Source: Ostrea edulis (taxonomy: Eukaryota). Taken from it: a stretch of 64,000 nucleotides of DNA. A program made the position numbers and the translations under genes. Positions 25,201 to 35,053 of the stretch are shown piece after piece. Within the stretch, counting starts at the first letter, position 1. Each line of letters opens with the position of its first letter. Location: NCBI RefSeq assembly GCF_947568905.1, contig NC_079170.1:49972001-50036000 (forward strand). Reading direction: 5' to 3'. The notes under the pieces were generated by a model, which was not told where the DNA came from, searched no databases, and saw only the letters and a list, made by a program, of their open reading frames with translations.

Positions 25201-27553
25201 CATCGTATGTATCCATCTCTTCATCAGTTAATTTTCTTGCCACGCTCCTTTCCACCATATCCATAATCTGGTCACCATATGCTTTACTGTAATCTGGTCC
25301 TGCTCTTTCCAAACGTCTTTCTGTGGATCTCAATCGATACATTGCTGCGTTCACATTGTTAGGGAGATACTTTGGATCTTTAACCCACGGATATGTAGCG
25401 GTCCAGTATTTACCCAATTTGTCATATTGAAGTCCATCCTTTATAAGGTGTAGCTCACGTTCTTCCTTCAGAGTATAACTTCCATTACCTGGTGGGCATT
25501 TCCCGCACCTGCAACTTCCACACTTTGGCACACAATAAGTTCCTAGACTTTCTATGTCGAAAAAGTAATCAACAACAGTCTTAAAGTTGCCCATGTTCAA
25601 CCGAATAGGCTCAATTATCCTTCCTGAAGTATGATGAATGCACACAAGATTTGATTCTGCTGTAACAGGTACTCGTAAATTGTCATGACTTCCTCTAATA
25701 CAATATCCAAATTGGTTCCGCATCAATTGGAGATTTCCAATCTGATCAACTTTCTCCGGTAATAAAATGCAACAATCGGCTCCTATAAGCAGATCCACTT
25801 TTCCTTCAGGTCTCAAGATGTTTCCCTCTTTGACCCCTTTAAAGAATTTCACTACTCCATGGACATCCACCTTTGAAATATCTGCTGTAATTTTGTTAAT
25901 TCCATATACTTTGACTTGCCAGACCTTGCCATTCATGTCTGTCAGTGGCAGCAAATATTCCTTACTTTGAATACACTCAGATGTATTTCCCACCTTTGTT
26001 ATTGACAAATTTACTTCACGTCCCTTCAGTCCAAGCTTTCTAGCCGATTCGTACGTCAGAAGTGATATATTAGCTCCGGGATCCCATAAAGTAGTTAGTG
26101 ACACACTGTTGCTTTTCACTTTACTGATCATGAGAATGACTCCCTTCTTTCCTTGCTCTTCATTAACTATGTTCACGTTATGATGATGCGCACTTGCATT
26201 TAAGATTGCCCCGTGTAAGAATGGGTGGTGAAATCTACCACATTTTTGTTGATGAAAGTCTGTGATATCACAAGGTTTTCTGTTTACACACCGTTTTGAA
26301 AGATGACCACTTTTCAAACAACTAAAACAAGCGCCATTTCTTCTTAGTAATTCCATCTTTGTTTCTCCATCCAAGGCAGAAAAACCTGTACAGTCTCCGA
26401 TGAAGTGATTATCTGTCTCATGATACCAGCATTTTTTTCTTAAAGGAATGTCATTTCTGGTAGTGTTATGCGTCACACCCTTTTGTTTGCCGTTAAGAAG
26501 AGCATCCGTTACTTGTGCTAGACCATCAATCACTTGTTGCATTTTCTGTTCATTTTGTTGCATTTGACTCTGTATAACATTAACAAATGCATTGTCAACT
26601 TTGTCATTTTTCTCCTCTTGTAAATTTGTCATGGTATGTATTCGTCCCTTACGGGAAACACTGTCCGTTTCACTACCTCTAATATCTGAAGTCATGTATT
26701 CAATCGCGGTCTTCTCGTCCAAAAGAAATCTCAAGAATTCAGAGAAGTCTGTAGACTTTATCTTAAGCTTCCGTAAGGCCCATTCTCTCTTCTGAATAGA
26801 TGGTAATAACTTTTCAATCTCACATATCATGGTAGCAGTATTCATTTCCCTTTCCAAGCCCATACGCTTTAGAATTAGCCAACATCCCTCCACAGTTTCC
26901 ACCATTTCTATAAACTTCATACTGTCTCCTTCCGGAACTGTTTCCAGTGCTTTTATGTCAGTCAAAACAGTGTATGTTAACTTTTCTGGCCTTCCATATT
27001 TTAGATCAAGACGCTTCAACATCTCCTCAAAGTTATTGTCCACTCCCTTAATAATTTCCAAGGGTTCTCCAGACAAAGAACTTTTCAAAGCGAATGGATC
27101 TTCTCCATAAGTCGGAATCATGTGGGTAATATAATCCAATCTAAAGCTAGGATAGTCCCGTATCTTGCCACTAAAGTGTGGTGGATCCAATTTTTTCACC
27201 TTTAAAGATTGGTTTTTACCGCACTTTTCTTTCAATGCATTCTTTTGTGTTGTTAATTTGAAACAAAGGGATCTCGCTTTACACAACTCTTTGTATAAAG
27301 TGTTCATATCGTGGTTCACTTCGTCCACTTTAGTTTTGTCGTCTTCATTGTCTGAATCAAAGTTCTCTAGATACTCACAATGCCGAACTTCCATGCCCTT
27401 GTATGACTGTTCTAGATCATCTAACATCTGTTTGATTACTTCTGATTCTTCTTCATCCTGAATTTTCTCCAGAAGACGTCCGTATATTCTGTGAAATCTT
27501 CCCTTCGCGGTACTTCGTTTTTTCTTTAATCCCTTCCGAATTTCCTCTGCCAT
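22211..27553 (-). CDS. BEL/Pao Gag-Pol polyprotein, 1780 aa (Gag, zinc knuckles, aspartic protease, RT, RNase H, integrase)
   Basis: KLDPPHFSG (Gag), CFSCLKSGHLSKRC knuckle, LWDPGA protease, YMDD, IFSDGSQQAYGAC RNase H, H..DH...CVVC, VDMFGP, SDAG, PWENGCSE, WKRWIRDYFPTL; order PR-RT-RH-IN; first ATG at 27553 (track start is a TTG). Confidence 0.95.
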   Translation of the reverse strand: MAEEIRKGLKKKRSTAKGRFHRIYGRLLEKIQDEEESEVIKQMLDDLEQSYKGMEVRHCEYLENFDSDNEDDKTKVDEVNHDMNTLYKELCKARSLCFKLTTQKNALKEKCGKNQSLKVKKLDPPHFSGKIRDYPSFRLDYITHMIPTYGEDPFALKSSLSGEPLEIIKGVDNNFEEMLKRLDLKYGRPEKLTYTVLTDIKALETVPEGDSMKFIEMVETVEGCWLILKRMGLEREMNTATMICEIEKLLPSIQKREWALRKLKIKSTDFSEFLRFLLDEKTAIEYMTSDIRGSETDSVSRKGRIHTMTNLQEEKNDKVDNAFVNVIQSQMQQNEQKMQQVIDGLAQVTDALLNGKQKGVTHNTTRNDIPLRKKCWYHETDNHFIGDCTGFSALDGETKMELLRRNGACFSCLKSGHLSKRCVNRKPCDITDFHQQKCGRFHHPFLHGAILNASAHHHNVNIVNEEQGKKGVILMISKVKSNSVSLTTLWDPGANISLLTYESARKLGLKGREVNLSITKVGNTSECIQSKEYLLPLTDMNGKVWQVKVYGINKITADISKVDVHGVVKFFKGVKEGNILRPEGKVDLLIGADCCILLPEKVDQIGNLQLMRNQFGYCIRGSHDNLRVPVTAESNLVCIHHTSGRIIEPIRLNMGNFKTVVDYFFDIESLGTYCVPKCGSCRCGKCPPGNGSYTLKEERELHLIKDGLQYDKLGKYWTATYPWVKDPKYLPNNVNAAMYRLRSTERRLERAGPDYSKAYGDQIMDMVERSVARKLTDEEMDTYDGPIHYIPHHEVLKPNSKSTPVRIVFDSSSSYMGHVLNEYWAKGPNVLNDLLGVIIRFRQRKIAIAGDITKMYNAIKLSERDQHTHRFVWRDLQLDKLPDHYVLTSVTFGDRPSGTISTMALRMTAEMYQTEYPKAAELVIKNSYMDDLLISVNTVCEAKEIIQDTEMMLSHGGFRVKHWIISGDQSEHFTGMNVLCAEQENILGMCWLPKDDVWTFKAKLNFSSKRRGIHLEDDLKEEQLHLIPDNLTHRMVLSQVAGIYDPLGLIAPYVLYAKILMRSMCSKEIQNGWDEPMNEEIRVKWMQFFRGLYELQSITFKRCIMPENAEGDPILVIFSDGSQQAYGACAYIRWHTNDNTYESNLVIAKNRIAPAKQLSTPRLELCGAVLASRLHQKLVTELDFRFSKIVHIVDSMIVRAQIQRESYGFGTFVATRVAEIQSKTDPTEWWWVQGDQNPADMTTRVASASALGANFKWQRGPDFLKMPFELWPITQETTLDSDQIPDVVGITMSITSDDCSTISDIAIDIDRFAGLKKLLGVTSIVLSIFKWKTFKGICDKITMETLIEAEMSWVKHAQKDLPKDWMKKFQRLGPFLNQDGVVCVGQRMAEWIKQSWNQREFVLLPRKGRFTELVVRSVHSEDHAGLEVTLAKMRSKYWIPGVRKIIKRIKENCVVCRKRDKVLVQQQMSVLPSFRLSPAPPFYNCAVDMFGPYTIRDTVKKRTHGKAYGVLFNCLNCRGVYVDLAEGYDTGSFLVVFRRFISLRGNPKRMISDAGTQLVAAGKELKKYGIEWNVIKSADAPWENGCSESLIKSVKRCLEIAVGDSILTFSELQAVFFEVANLVNERPIGTKVCDPNEGTYLCPNDLLLGRSSARVPQIEMDERCNPRLRWKFIQQLVDAFWKRWIRDYFPTLIVRQKWHTNRRNLKRGDLVLVQDANLIRGKWKLAQVAEAEPGTDGKVRDVTVRYKNVGPGASYTGCTDTIIRRSVHRLVVILPTDECD

Positions 27554-27572
27554 AATATCCAATGTGTTGAAA

Positions 27573-27971
27573 TGTATAGCTCAACAATAAAACAATACAC
27601 CATCTGTTGTAACCATTTATTCCAGTGTTTCAACCTACAAATGAAAGTACAAAAATTACCAAATTCATGACAAAACTTTGTTAAGTAGTTTTCACATCAA
27701 GATAAATCCTAAAAAAACAGTCATTCAATATTTCCTCAAAACGCATAACAGTCTACATCTGATAACATAGAACTAATACTTAATAAATGTACATGAATTT
27801 ACTCACACATTGATGGGTCCAACATTATTGAGCTATAACGTACTAAACAAATCGTGGGATTATCTATCCATGCATGCCGTTCCAAAACAAACACACTTCC
27901 GGTAAAATAAGTAACAAAATAGTGGCCAACTATAATATTTCCGGAAAGTTTACAATATCGTTGACGATACA
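27573..27971 (-). repeat. 5-prime LTR of the BEL/Pao element
   Basis: Matches 21780-22178 except A22059/T27852; minus strand has ACCGGAAGTG (ETS consensus) and AATAAA ~40 nt before the end. Confidence 0.97.
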
Positions 27972-28025
27972 CTGGGTATTAAGTAAACAAACTAATAGCA
28001 TGGTAATGATGAGCAAGGATGCCTC

Positions 28026-28793
28026 TTTATACCCCCCGCAACAAGTTGTGGGGGGTATACTGGAATCGGGTTGTCCGTCTGTCCGTCCGTCCGTCCATCC
28101 GTCTGTAGACGCAATGGTTTCCGGGCTCTAAAGCATTATCCTTTCCACCTACCGTCACCATATCATATATATAGACTACCCATGGGATGAAGATGTTCCC
28201 TATCGATTTTGGGGTCAAAAGGTCAAAGGTCAAGCACACTGGACATCGAAGTAGCAATATGGTTTCCGGGCTCTAAAGCGTTATCCTTTCCACCTACAGT
28301 CACCATATCATACATATGGACTACTCATAGGATGAAGATGTTCCCTATCGATTTTGGGGTCAAAAGGTCAAAGGTCAAGCGCACTGGACATTGAAGTAGC
28401 AATATGGTTTCCGGGCTCTAAAGCGTTATCCTTTCCACCTACAGTCACCATAGCAAACATATGGACTACCCATGGGATGAAGATGTTCCCTATCGATTTT
28501 GGGGTCAAAAGGTCAAAGGTCAAGCGCACTGGACATTGAAGTAGCAATATGGTTTCCGGGCTCTAAAGCGTTATCCTTTCCACCTACAGTCACCATATCA
28601 TATATATGGACTACCCATGGGATGAAGATGATCCCTATCGATTTTGGGGTCAAAAGGTCAAAGGTCATGTGCACTGGACATCGAAGTAGCAACACTCAGA
28701 AAAGAGGTAGTTTATACCTATTACCAACACCCTTTGGGAGATTGGGGTAAGCGGGGGGTATTCTTAGTGAGCATTGCTCACAGTACCTCTTGT
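28026..28793 (+). mobile_element. HINE with 145-bp tandem repeats, nested in the Cg170-like HINE
   Basis: Hairpin ATACCCCCCGCAAC-AA-GTTGTGGGGGGTAT, (GTCC)n, monomers at 145-bp period (28209/28354/28499), 3-prime GTGAGCATTGCTCAC palindrome; inserted at TT within GCCTCTTT|AAAATTG. Confidence 0.92.
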
Positions 28794-28851
28794 TAAAAAT
28801 TGTGAAATTCATGGCCCCTGGATCAGAGGTTCTGGTGCTAGGGTGGGGCTC

Positions 28852-28885
<34 letters not shown>

Positions 28886-30112
28886 GAAAATCTTCTTTTC
28901 TGTCCTTGGGTATTAAGTGGACAAACCAATAGCATGGTTATGATGAGCAAGGATGCCTCTTTCAAAATTGTGAAATTCATGGCCCCTGGGTCAGGGGTTC
29001 TGGTATTAGGGTGGGGCCCTATTGATCATATAGTGAAAATGCATTTTATTTCTTTGAAAATCTTCTCCTCTGCTGCTGGGTATTAAGTAGACAAACTAAT
29101 AGTATGATAATGATGATGAAGGATGCTTCTTTCAAAACTGAAATTTATGGGTCAGGGGTTCTGGTGCAAAGGCGGGGCTGACCACATAGCTATTCAATGT
29201 TTCTTCCATTCAAAAGTAAAATTCTTATATTTAAACACAAACCTAATTCAAACATTGGAAGGTTGTTACATGATACTCAGGTGACCTATAAGGCCCCTGG
29301 GCCTCTTGTTTTTTTATTAACACTTGGAATGAACTTTGAAATGTTTGCGGTCATTTGTTTAAAACTAATATAGTTAATTAGTGAGAGGGCCAAAGGTTAG
29401 CATTGAGGTATATGGGGAATGAATTGGTACTCTTTTCCCGTATGACTTCAGCTGAATATTGATTTACTACAATGTATAATTATGTGTCCTTAGTTCTCTT
29501 AATCATTTTCCCAAAGGATATCGTCGAGTATAGAAAAACCCACCGAAATGACGCCTTTAATAACACTCTAACGATAATCCAATTACTTCGAACATGCCAT
29601 TGAAGCATAGTAGACCAACGTTTAAAATGGACCGCTCACCGTTGACAATGTACAATGTAGTTTCTGTAGTATCTAGGCTGCACTGTTGTAGCTTCTGGTG
29701 AAACTTCTGAGCATTCTACTACAGTCAAAACTAGATATTATGTACCATATACATGTATGAATGTTTGTGAGATGCCGAAATTTGTTTCTCTTGACTGTAA
29801 GAGTATGGACGTTTTTATGTGGATTAACCAGTGTGTTCCACATACCTTTAGCTATAACTTAAAACCACCCCATCCCATGATTGACTGAAAATTATGGCTG
29901 TCAAAATACTGTAGGTTCTAGTTAGAAAACTTTTGTCAATAATTCACGTTCCCGAGAATTACATGTATCTGGTACGCTTTGGAATTTCAAAAATCATTGC
30001 CTTAACGGTCACACACTAAAACCACCCGGAACTCCTCGCATCTCGCACACTGACATCGGACTTGATCGGATTGTCGCCATGAGGTATTGGGTTTTTACAT
30101 GCACATGATCAA

Positions 30113-30378
30113 TTGATTGATTGAATATTGGTTAACGTCCATCTCGAGAATGTTTCACTCATATGGAGACGTCACCACTGCCAGTGAAGGACTACAAAAT
30201 TCAGGCCTATGCTCGGCGTTTATGGCCTTTGAGCAGGGAAGGTTTTTTATCCTGCCACACCTGCTGTGACACGGGACCTCGGTTTTGAGGGCTCATCCGA
30301 AGGACCATCCCATTTAGTCGCCTCTTACGACAAACAAGGAGTACTGAGGACCTATTTTAACCCGGATTCCCACGGGAC
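30113..30378 (-). mobile_element. SINE, non-tRNA-head family, full copy
   Basis: 13-bp TSD with one mismatch (TGCACATGATCAA 30100-30112 / TGCACGTGATCAA 30379-30391); sense start GTCCCGTGGG. Confidence 0.88.
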
Positions 30379-33300
30379 TGCACGTGATCAAAACAAATTA
30401 ATTCTCAAAATAAAAAGAAAGAAAAATGGAAGGAGTTGAAATACCACGAAAACTTCTTTCCCTGGATTCCTGCTTACTTTGCACCACCACAGAAAGAAGA
30501 CTACACGACTTAAATCAACAAAATGCCATACAGAAAAAATATAAGGAGACATTGCAGGAATATTTAAATATTGTAACTTATTTCATATGCTCAGTTTGAT
30601 AAAATGAAGTAATTTGTAATATATTAGATGTAACAACTTGACAAATTCTAACAGAAAACGACTTACCACAACGGAACTTGATTTTCTCAAGCAAAAAATC
30701 GATGAGATTTAGCATTTTTCACTATGTGATTATAAATTGCTCTGTGTAATTACAACGTTAACTATTTTTCTATGCAGGATTACATAATTGAAGTGGAAAT
30801 TGGAGATGTCAGTTCCTTCCACAGGACTCCGCAGTAAATGTGACAGGAAAAGTTGATGATAAAGATATGTTATCATTTCCATTATTAATGAACATCAGAT
30901 CCTATGTTTTTTCAACACCCCTAATAACTGTTTGTACAAGGACTGAGTCCATTGATAGTGCGCAATTAAGAACTTTATAACCCTGTGTGATCGGGAAAAG
31001 TTTATCTGCCTTATGAACAACGAATGTGAGAGTGTTATTGAAATATTTGCCAATTACATACATATGTATATACATATAGCTGCTCATTGAGAAAAGTTGT
31101 TATTTTGTATTTCTTTATCTTTTGGATAATTACCCTTTTATGATTTGAACTTTGTATTCTTCGTATGCCGTCTGAGCCCAATATTGGAAATACATTACTT
31201 ACTTTTTTACTATATTTGATCCGGGAGTTACGAAGTAATTTAGAGAAAAAGACATTTGGATTATATGAGCCACAATCAGTTGCGCATTCATTGTACAAAT
31301 TTGAGCCATCTTTGATCACCATGACTATGCGCACTGTGCTAGATGTTCTTGAGTTAGAGAGAATAGTTTTAAAGATTGAATATCTGTTTATGGTTTTGAC
31401 CCAACCACTCAGGCCCTGATGGTTCAGTAAAATCGAAATTCTTAAGTTTTAATTCCCTCCTATAGATGCTTTATATCAAATTTGATGGAAATGTCAATGC
31501 AATTTTAAAGAAGAAATTTGATTATGATCAAATTTGATCAGATGACGGACAAACACTAATCTCATTAATTAGACAACCTACACGTACGTTATCCCGGACA
31601 AACTGAATAGAATGACCACAGACTGAAGTGCTCCAGCGGTACATTTTATATACGGTGTGTAGATTATAACAATCATACACGAAAGCACGATCTGCACATG
31701 GTCGATACAATATCAATTTCAGGGATATTGACATCACCATGCAATAATTAAATGTATTAATCAGAGCAGAGAGTAAAAAGGCTTGTGATATTTAATAGAC
31801 ATTTTCGCCCGAGACAAGATTTTATCTTCTAAACCTTGAACCAGTCCATTTGTAGCTCACCCGAGCCGTACAGTTAAGATAAGAATATTACTTAAATTAT
31901 GTACCCTCAGTACGTCTGTTCAAGTTTTATTTTTGTCTTGTTGAACAATGGGTGGACAATTTCAAGTTTCTTCAGATGAAGTTCGATGCTCCTTTTCCAG
32001 GGAGAGATAACTGGGAATAGTAAACTTAGATCGTTTGAGGAAATGACCACATTTGTGTGAAATATTCCGTATAATGTGTTGTGTAGATATGATCTCGTTC
32101 AAATCATGGAGTCACGGGATGGGAGGTCAAATTTGTAAAAATCTCAAGAACAAACGCTTTATTTGTCAAAACAATATGCAGGTCTCCTGACATCGTGGAG
32201 ACTAAAGCTTAAACTTATCAAAGTCATGGCCCATGGGATCGAGATATAGGGTCCAAAGTTTTACTTAAAATTACATATATAAAAACTTTTAAATCTACTG
32301 ATGGACATTATGGTTGTAGTTTGGTTATGCACTCTTTTGAACATAGGTTTAATTTCGTTCTAACTATCTCAGTCCAGTTTATGGTACCTAAAGTCAGTAT
32401 GAATTTACACAAGTGGTCCAAAGATTTCTTGTGGAAAACTAATTTTATATTATTTCCAATAGCAACGAAATACAGTAAATTTATTACTTGTAGTAAATGA
32501 TTAAAGTTTTGGGTTACTGTTGGTTTAATATCATATACACTCTGTACGTGTTCCATTTTAGTGTCCAAGTCGTATCACATTTTGAGGAGAAGAGTTGGCC
32601 TTGGTTAGCTTTGTGGCCAATAGGCACTTTTTTCTTATTTTTTGTGTTTTGCTTTTAATATTTCATAAAAACCATCATTCATACCCAGACAAATACCTTA
32701 TCGGCAATCTGAAATTTGAAAAAAGACAATAAACAACTTTACAATCTATTAGCAAATTGCACAGTCCTTTAGTTCTAATGACTGCTGATTCCATTTAGCA
32801 GACAATCCTTGAAGCGTAAACAATCTTATACACTGGTTATCAGATTTTCCCGCCGCATTCTACGCTATTAAGGGCTTTTACATAAAGCGGAGACCAACAT
32901 CCGTTTTGAAGCACTAATTGTCCTATTCTCCGCGGTGGACACACTATACAGCAGCCGTTTCAGCTAATGAATATAGCTATTTCAACACCTTAGAATCAAT
33001 GTGTTATTCCGCGTATATACCTGTCTTCTGCCACGTTTTCATTTGGAACTTAAAATATTTTAAGAATTGATGATTTAAAAACTGAGCCTATATGGTCTTG
33101 ATTCTTCCAATGGAACACGAAAAGGTTTGCTGCAATTTCATTTATGCTTTTAATGTTGTACCGATATTTTCATATTTGCAATCGCTTTAACGATAATCAA
33201 GTGACATATTGGCTATTTCATTATCGTTTATAGAAATTGCTCTTCCATCAAGCAACTCGTCTGTATGTGCGTATTTATAGAATCGAAAATTTCGTTGTTT

Positions 33301-33500
33301 TCATCAAAATATAACAGAATAATCCATTTGCCACACAGTTTGAGACTTTGTTTGCGAATAGACTTGCAAAGTAATGGGAAGGATGATTCGTTTTATATTG
33401 GTAATGATTTACCTTCAACATTTTATGCCACAATGTCTAAATATAATTTTACAGATTTTTTGCGTGCGAAGTGGACACGTACAAACCGAGTGAATACGAT

Positions 33501-34100
33501 ATGGGGTGTTCGACATCTTCCCTTGACGAAAATCCTGGCTCTTTCAAATGTCCGTCAAAGACCCCTACCTCCTTTGGTCACGAACTGTCCTCGTACGCCT
33601 CCTGTGAAGTCATGTCCGAAAGTGAAAAACGCCTTGTTAAGAAAACATGGAAGTATATGGCCAAAAACATGTCTGCCAACGGCGCGAAGGTGTTTCTAAG
33701 AATTTTTGAGCTTAAACCAGACCTCAAGCAATTATTTCCATTCCGAAATGACGATGGGGAATCCTTGATAAATGACCCAAATTTTACAGGACATGCTTCA
33801 AGATTTATGCAAGCGGTCGGAGCTGCTATTGACAATATTCACAATCTCCACGTTTTCTTTGGACCTTTGTTGATCGGACTCGGGAAACAACATATTAAGT
33901 TTGGTGGATTTAAACCTGAGTATTGGGACGTTTTTACGGAAGCCATGCTGTTTGTATGGGAAAACGAATTGGGTGAGGAATTTGACGACAAATGCAGATA
34001 TGCTTGGACGAAAGTGTTTGAGTTTATTATGGAACAGTTAAAGGATGGTTACCGACTTGGTGAAGAAGAGGAACTCGGACAAGATCCAACACAAATCTGA
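33501..34100 (+). CDS. Globin, 199 aa, N-terminally extended with MGCxxS acylation motif (globin X / neuroglobin-like)
   Basis: A-helix EKRLVKKTW, CD1 Phe (LKQLFPF), distal His (FTGHASRFM), proximal His (LGKQH), H-helix AWTKVFEFI; ATG at 33501 gives MGCSTSS; no coding introns; probable 5-prime UTR intron 33263-33454 (GTATGT...TTTTACAG). Confidence 0.92.
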   Translation: MGCSTSSLDENPGSFKCPSKTPTSFGHELSSYASCEVMSESEKRLVKKTWKYMAKNMSANGAKVFLRIFELKPDLKQLFPFRNDDGESLINDPNFTGHASRFMQAVGAAIDNIHNLHVFFGPLLIGLGKQHIKFGGFKPEYWDVFTEAMLFVWENELGEEFDDKCRYAWTKVFEFIMEQLKDGYRLGEEEELGQDPTQI

Positions 34101-34184
34101 TATCTCCACGGCTATATTACCATGAAGAAGAGGAACTCGGACATGATCCAACACAAATCTGATATCTCCAAGACTATATTACCA
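34061..34184 (+). repeat. 62-bp tandem duplication spanning the globin stop codon
   Basis: TGAAGAAGAGGAACTCGGAC..GATCCAACACAAATCTGATATCTCCA...TATATTACCA twice (34061-34122, 34123-34184). Confidence 0.92.
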
Positions 34185-35053
34185 TACTGTATGTGTGCTC
34201 GCGCGCGTGTGTGTATCATGTACATGTAATAAGTTATGTTATTCATGATTGTTGTGTCATGTCCAAATCATACGGCAAAGGACCACCGAGTCACTATGGG
34301 GAAAATACATGTAACAGCGCCACCACCTGGAGACAGAAAATAGGAAGGAATATTGGCTATTGTCATTGTATGTAAATGCATTATTATCCGTTTGATACAA
34401 TGTTTACAATGATTACATGTTCTTTAAGATTTAATAGTCAAGTGGACGTGTCAAATTAGTCGAAAGTGAATGAATTGTAAACACATTGCTCTGTTAAACA
34501 TTGCAATCAATTATAGAATACGGCATGTACTGTACACTGCATGTAGTTGTTTTAGGCGGGGGATTCAACATAAATCATTAAATGCATTAATATGTAAAAT
34601 GTAAGGCTCTAGGTCATTACATGCAACACTACAATCTCAGTAGTGTACCTAGACATTTGAAACGGGAAAGATGGAAATTATGAAATACTGCCAATTGGCC
34701 ATCTTATAAAGAATTTTTTTTTATAAATGCATGTATGCGTATAAAACTCTGAGTTTAGATTAAAATATTTGATTTCTTTCACAAATCTGTGTTGATCATG
34801 TGTATCAAGGTATGTGTGATTGGAGGAGGATCTTATTTTTTATTTTGCCTAACATGAATTAACAATAACACCATGGGTTTGAATGGTCACCTCAACTAAT
34901 TACCACACACCAATAACCAATCAGAGTGTTGATGCAAGAGTCCATTACCCCCCACCCCCCCCAAAGATTTATAACTCCTTTATCATAGATATATGCCTTT
35001 GTTAAATGACCGAGCTTGACCAAATGAACATGCTTCACCTGTCTTGCCATGAT

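Larger units (their letters stand above)
21780..27971 (-). mobile_element. Full-length BEL/Pao LTR retrotransposon
   Basis: 399-bp LTRs (TG...CA) at 21780-22178 and 27573-27971, one mismatch seen; 5-bp TSD CTGGG (21775-21779 / 27972-27976); PPT GGGGGAG next to the 3-prime LTR; single open gag-pol ORF. Confidence 0.97.
21341..29310 (+). mobile_element. HINE carrying Cg170-like ~166-bp satellite monomers, split by two nested insertions
   Basis: 5-prime hairpin AGGTCACCTGAA-TTCA-TTCAGGTGACCT, CGT microsatellite, monomers AAAATTGTGAAATTCATGGCCCCTGG..., 3-prime CAGGTGACCT plus AGGCCCCTGGGCCT palindrome and CTTGTT end; host pieces 21341-21779, 27972-28027, 28794-29310. Confidence 0.85.

Noticed and set aside
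22006-27461. Short ORFs antisense to or overlapping the BEL polyprotein
   Set aside because: Shadow ORFs of a long coding sequence.
33265-33699. 144-aa ORF overlapping the globin
   Set aside because: Alternative frame spanning the probable UTR intron; no recognisable motifs.
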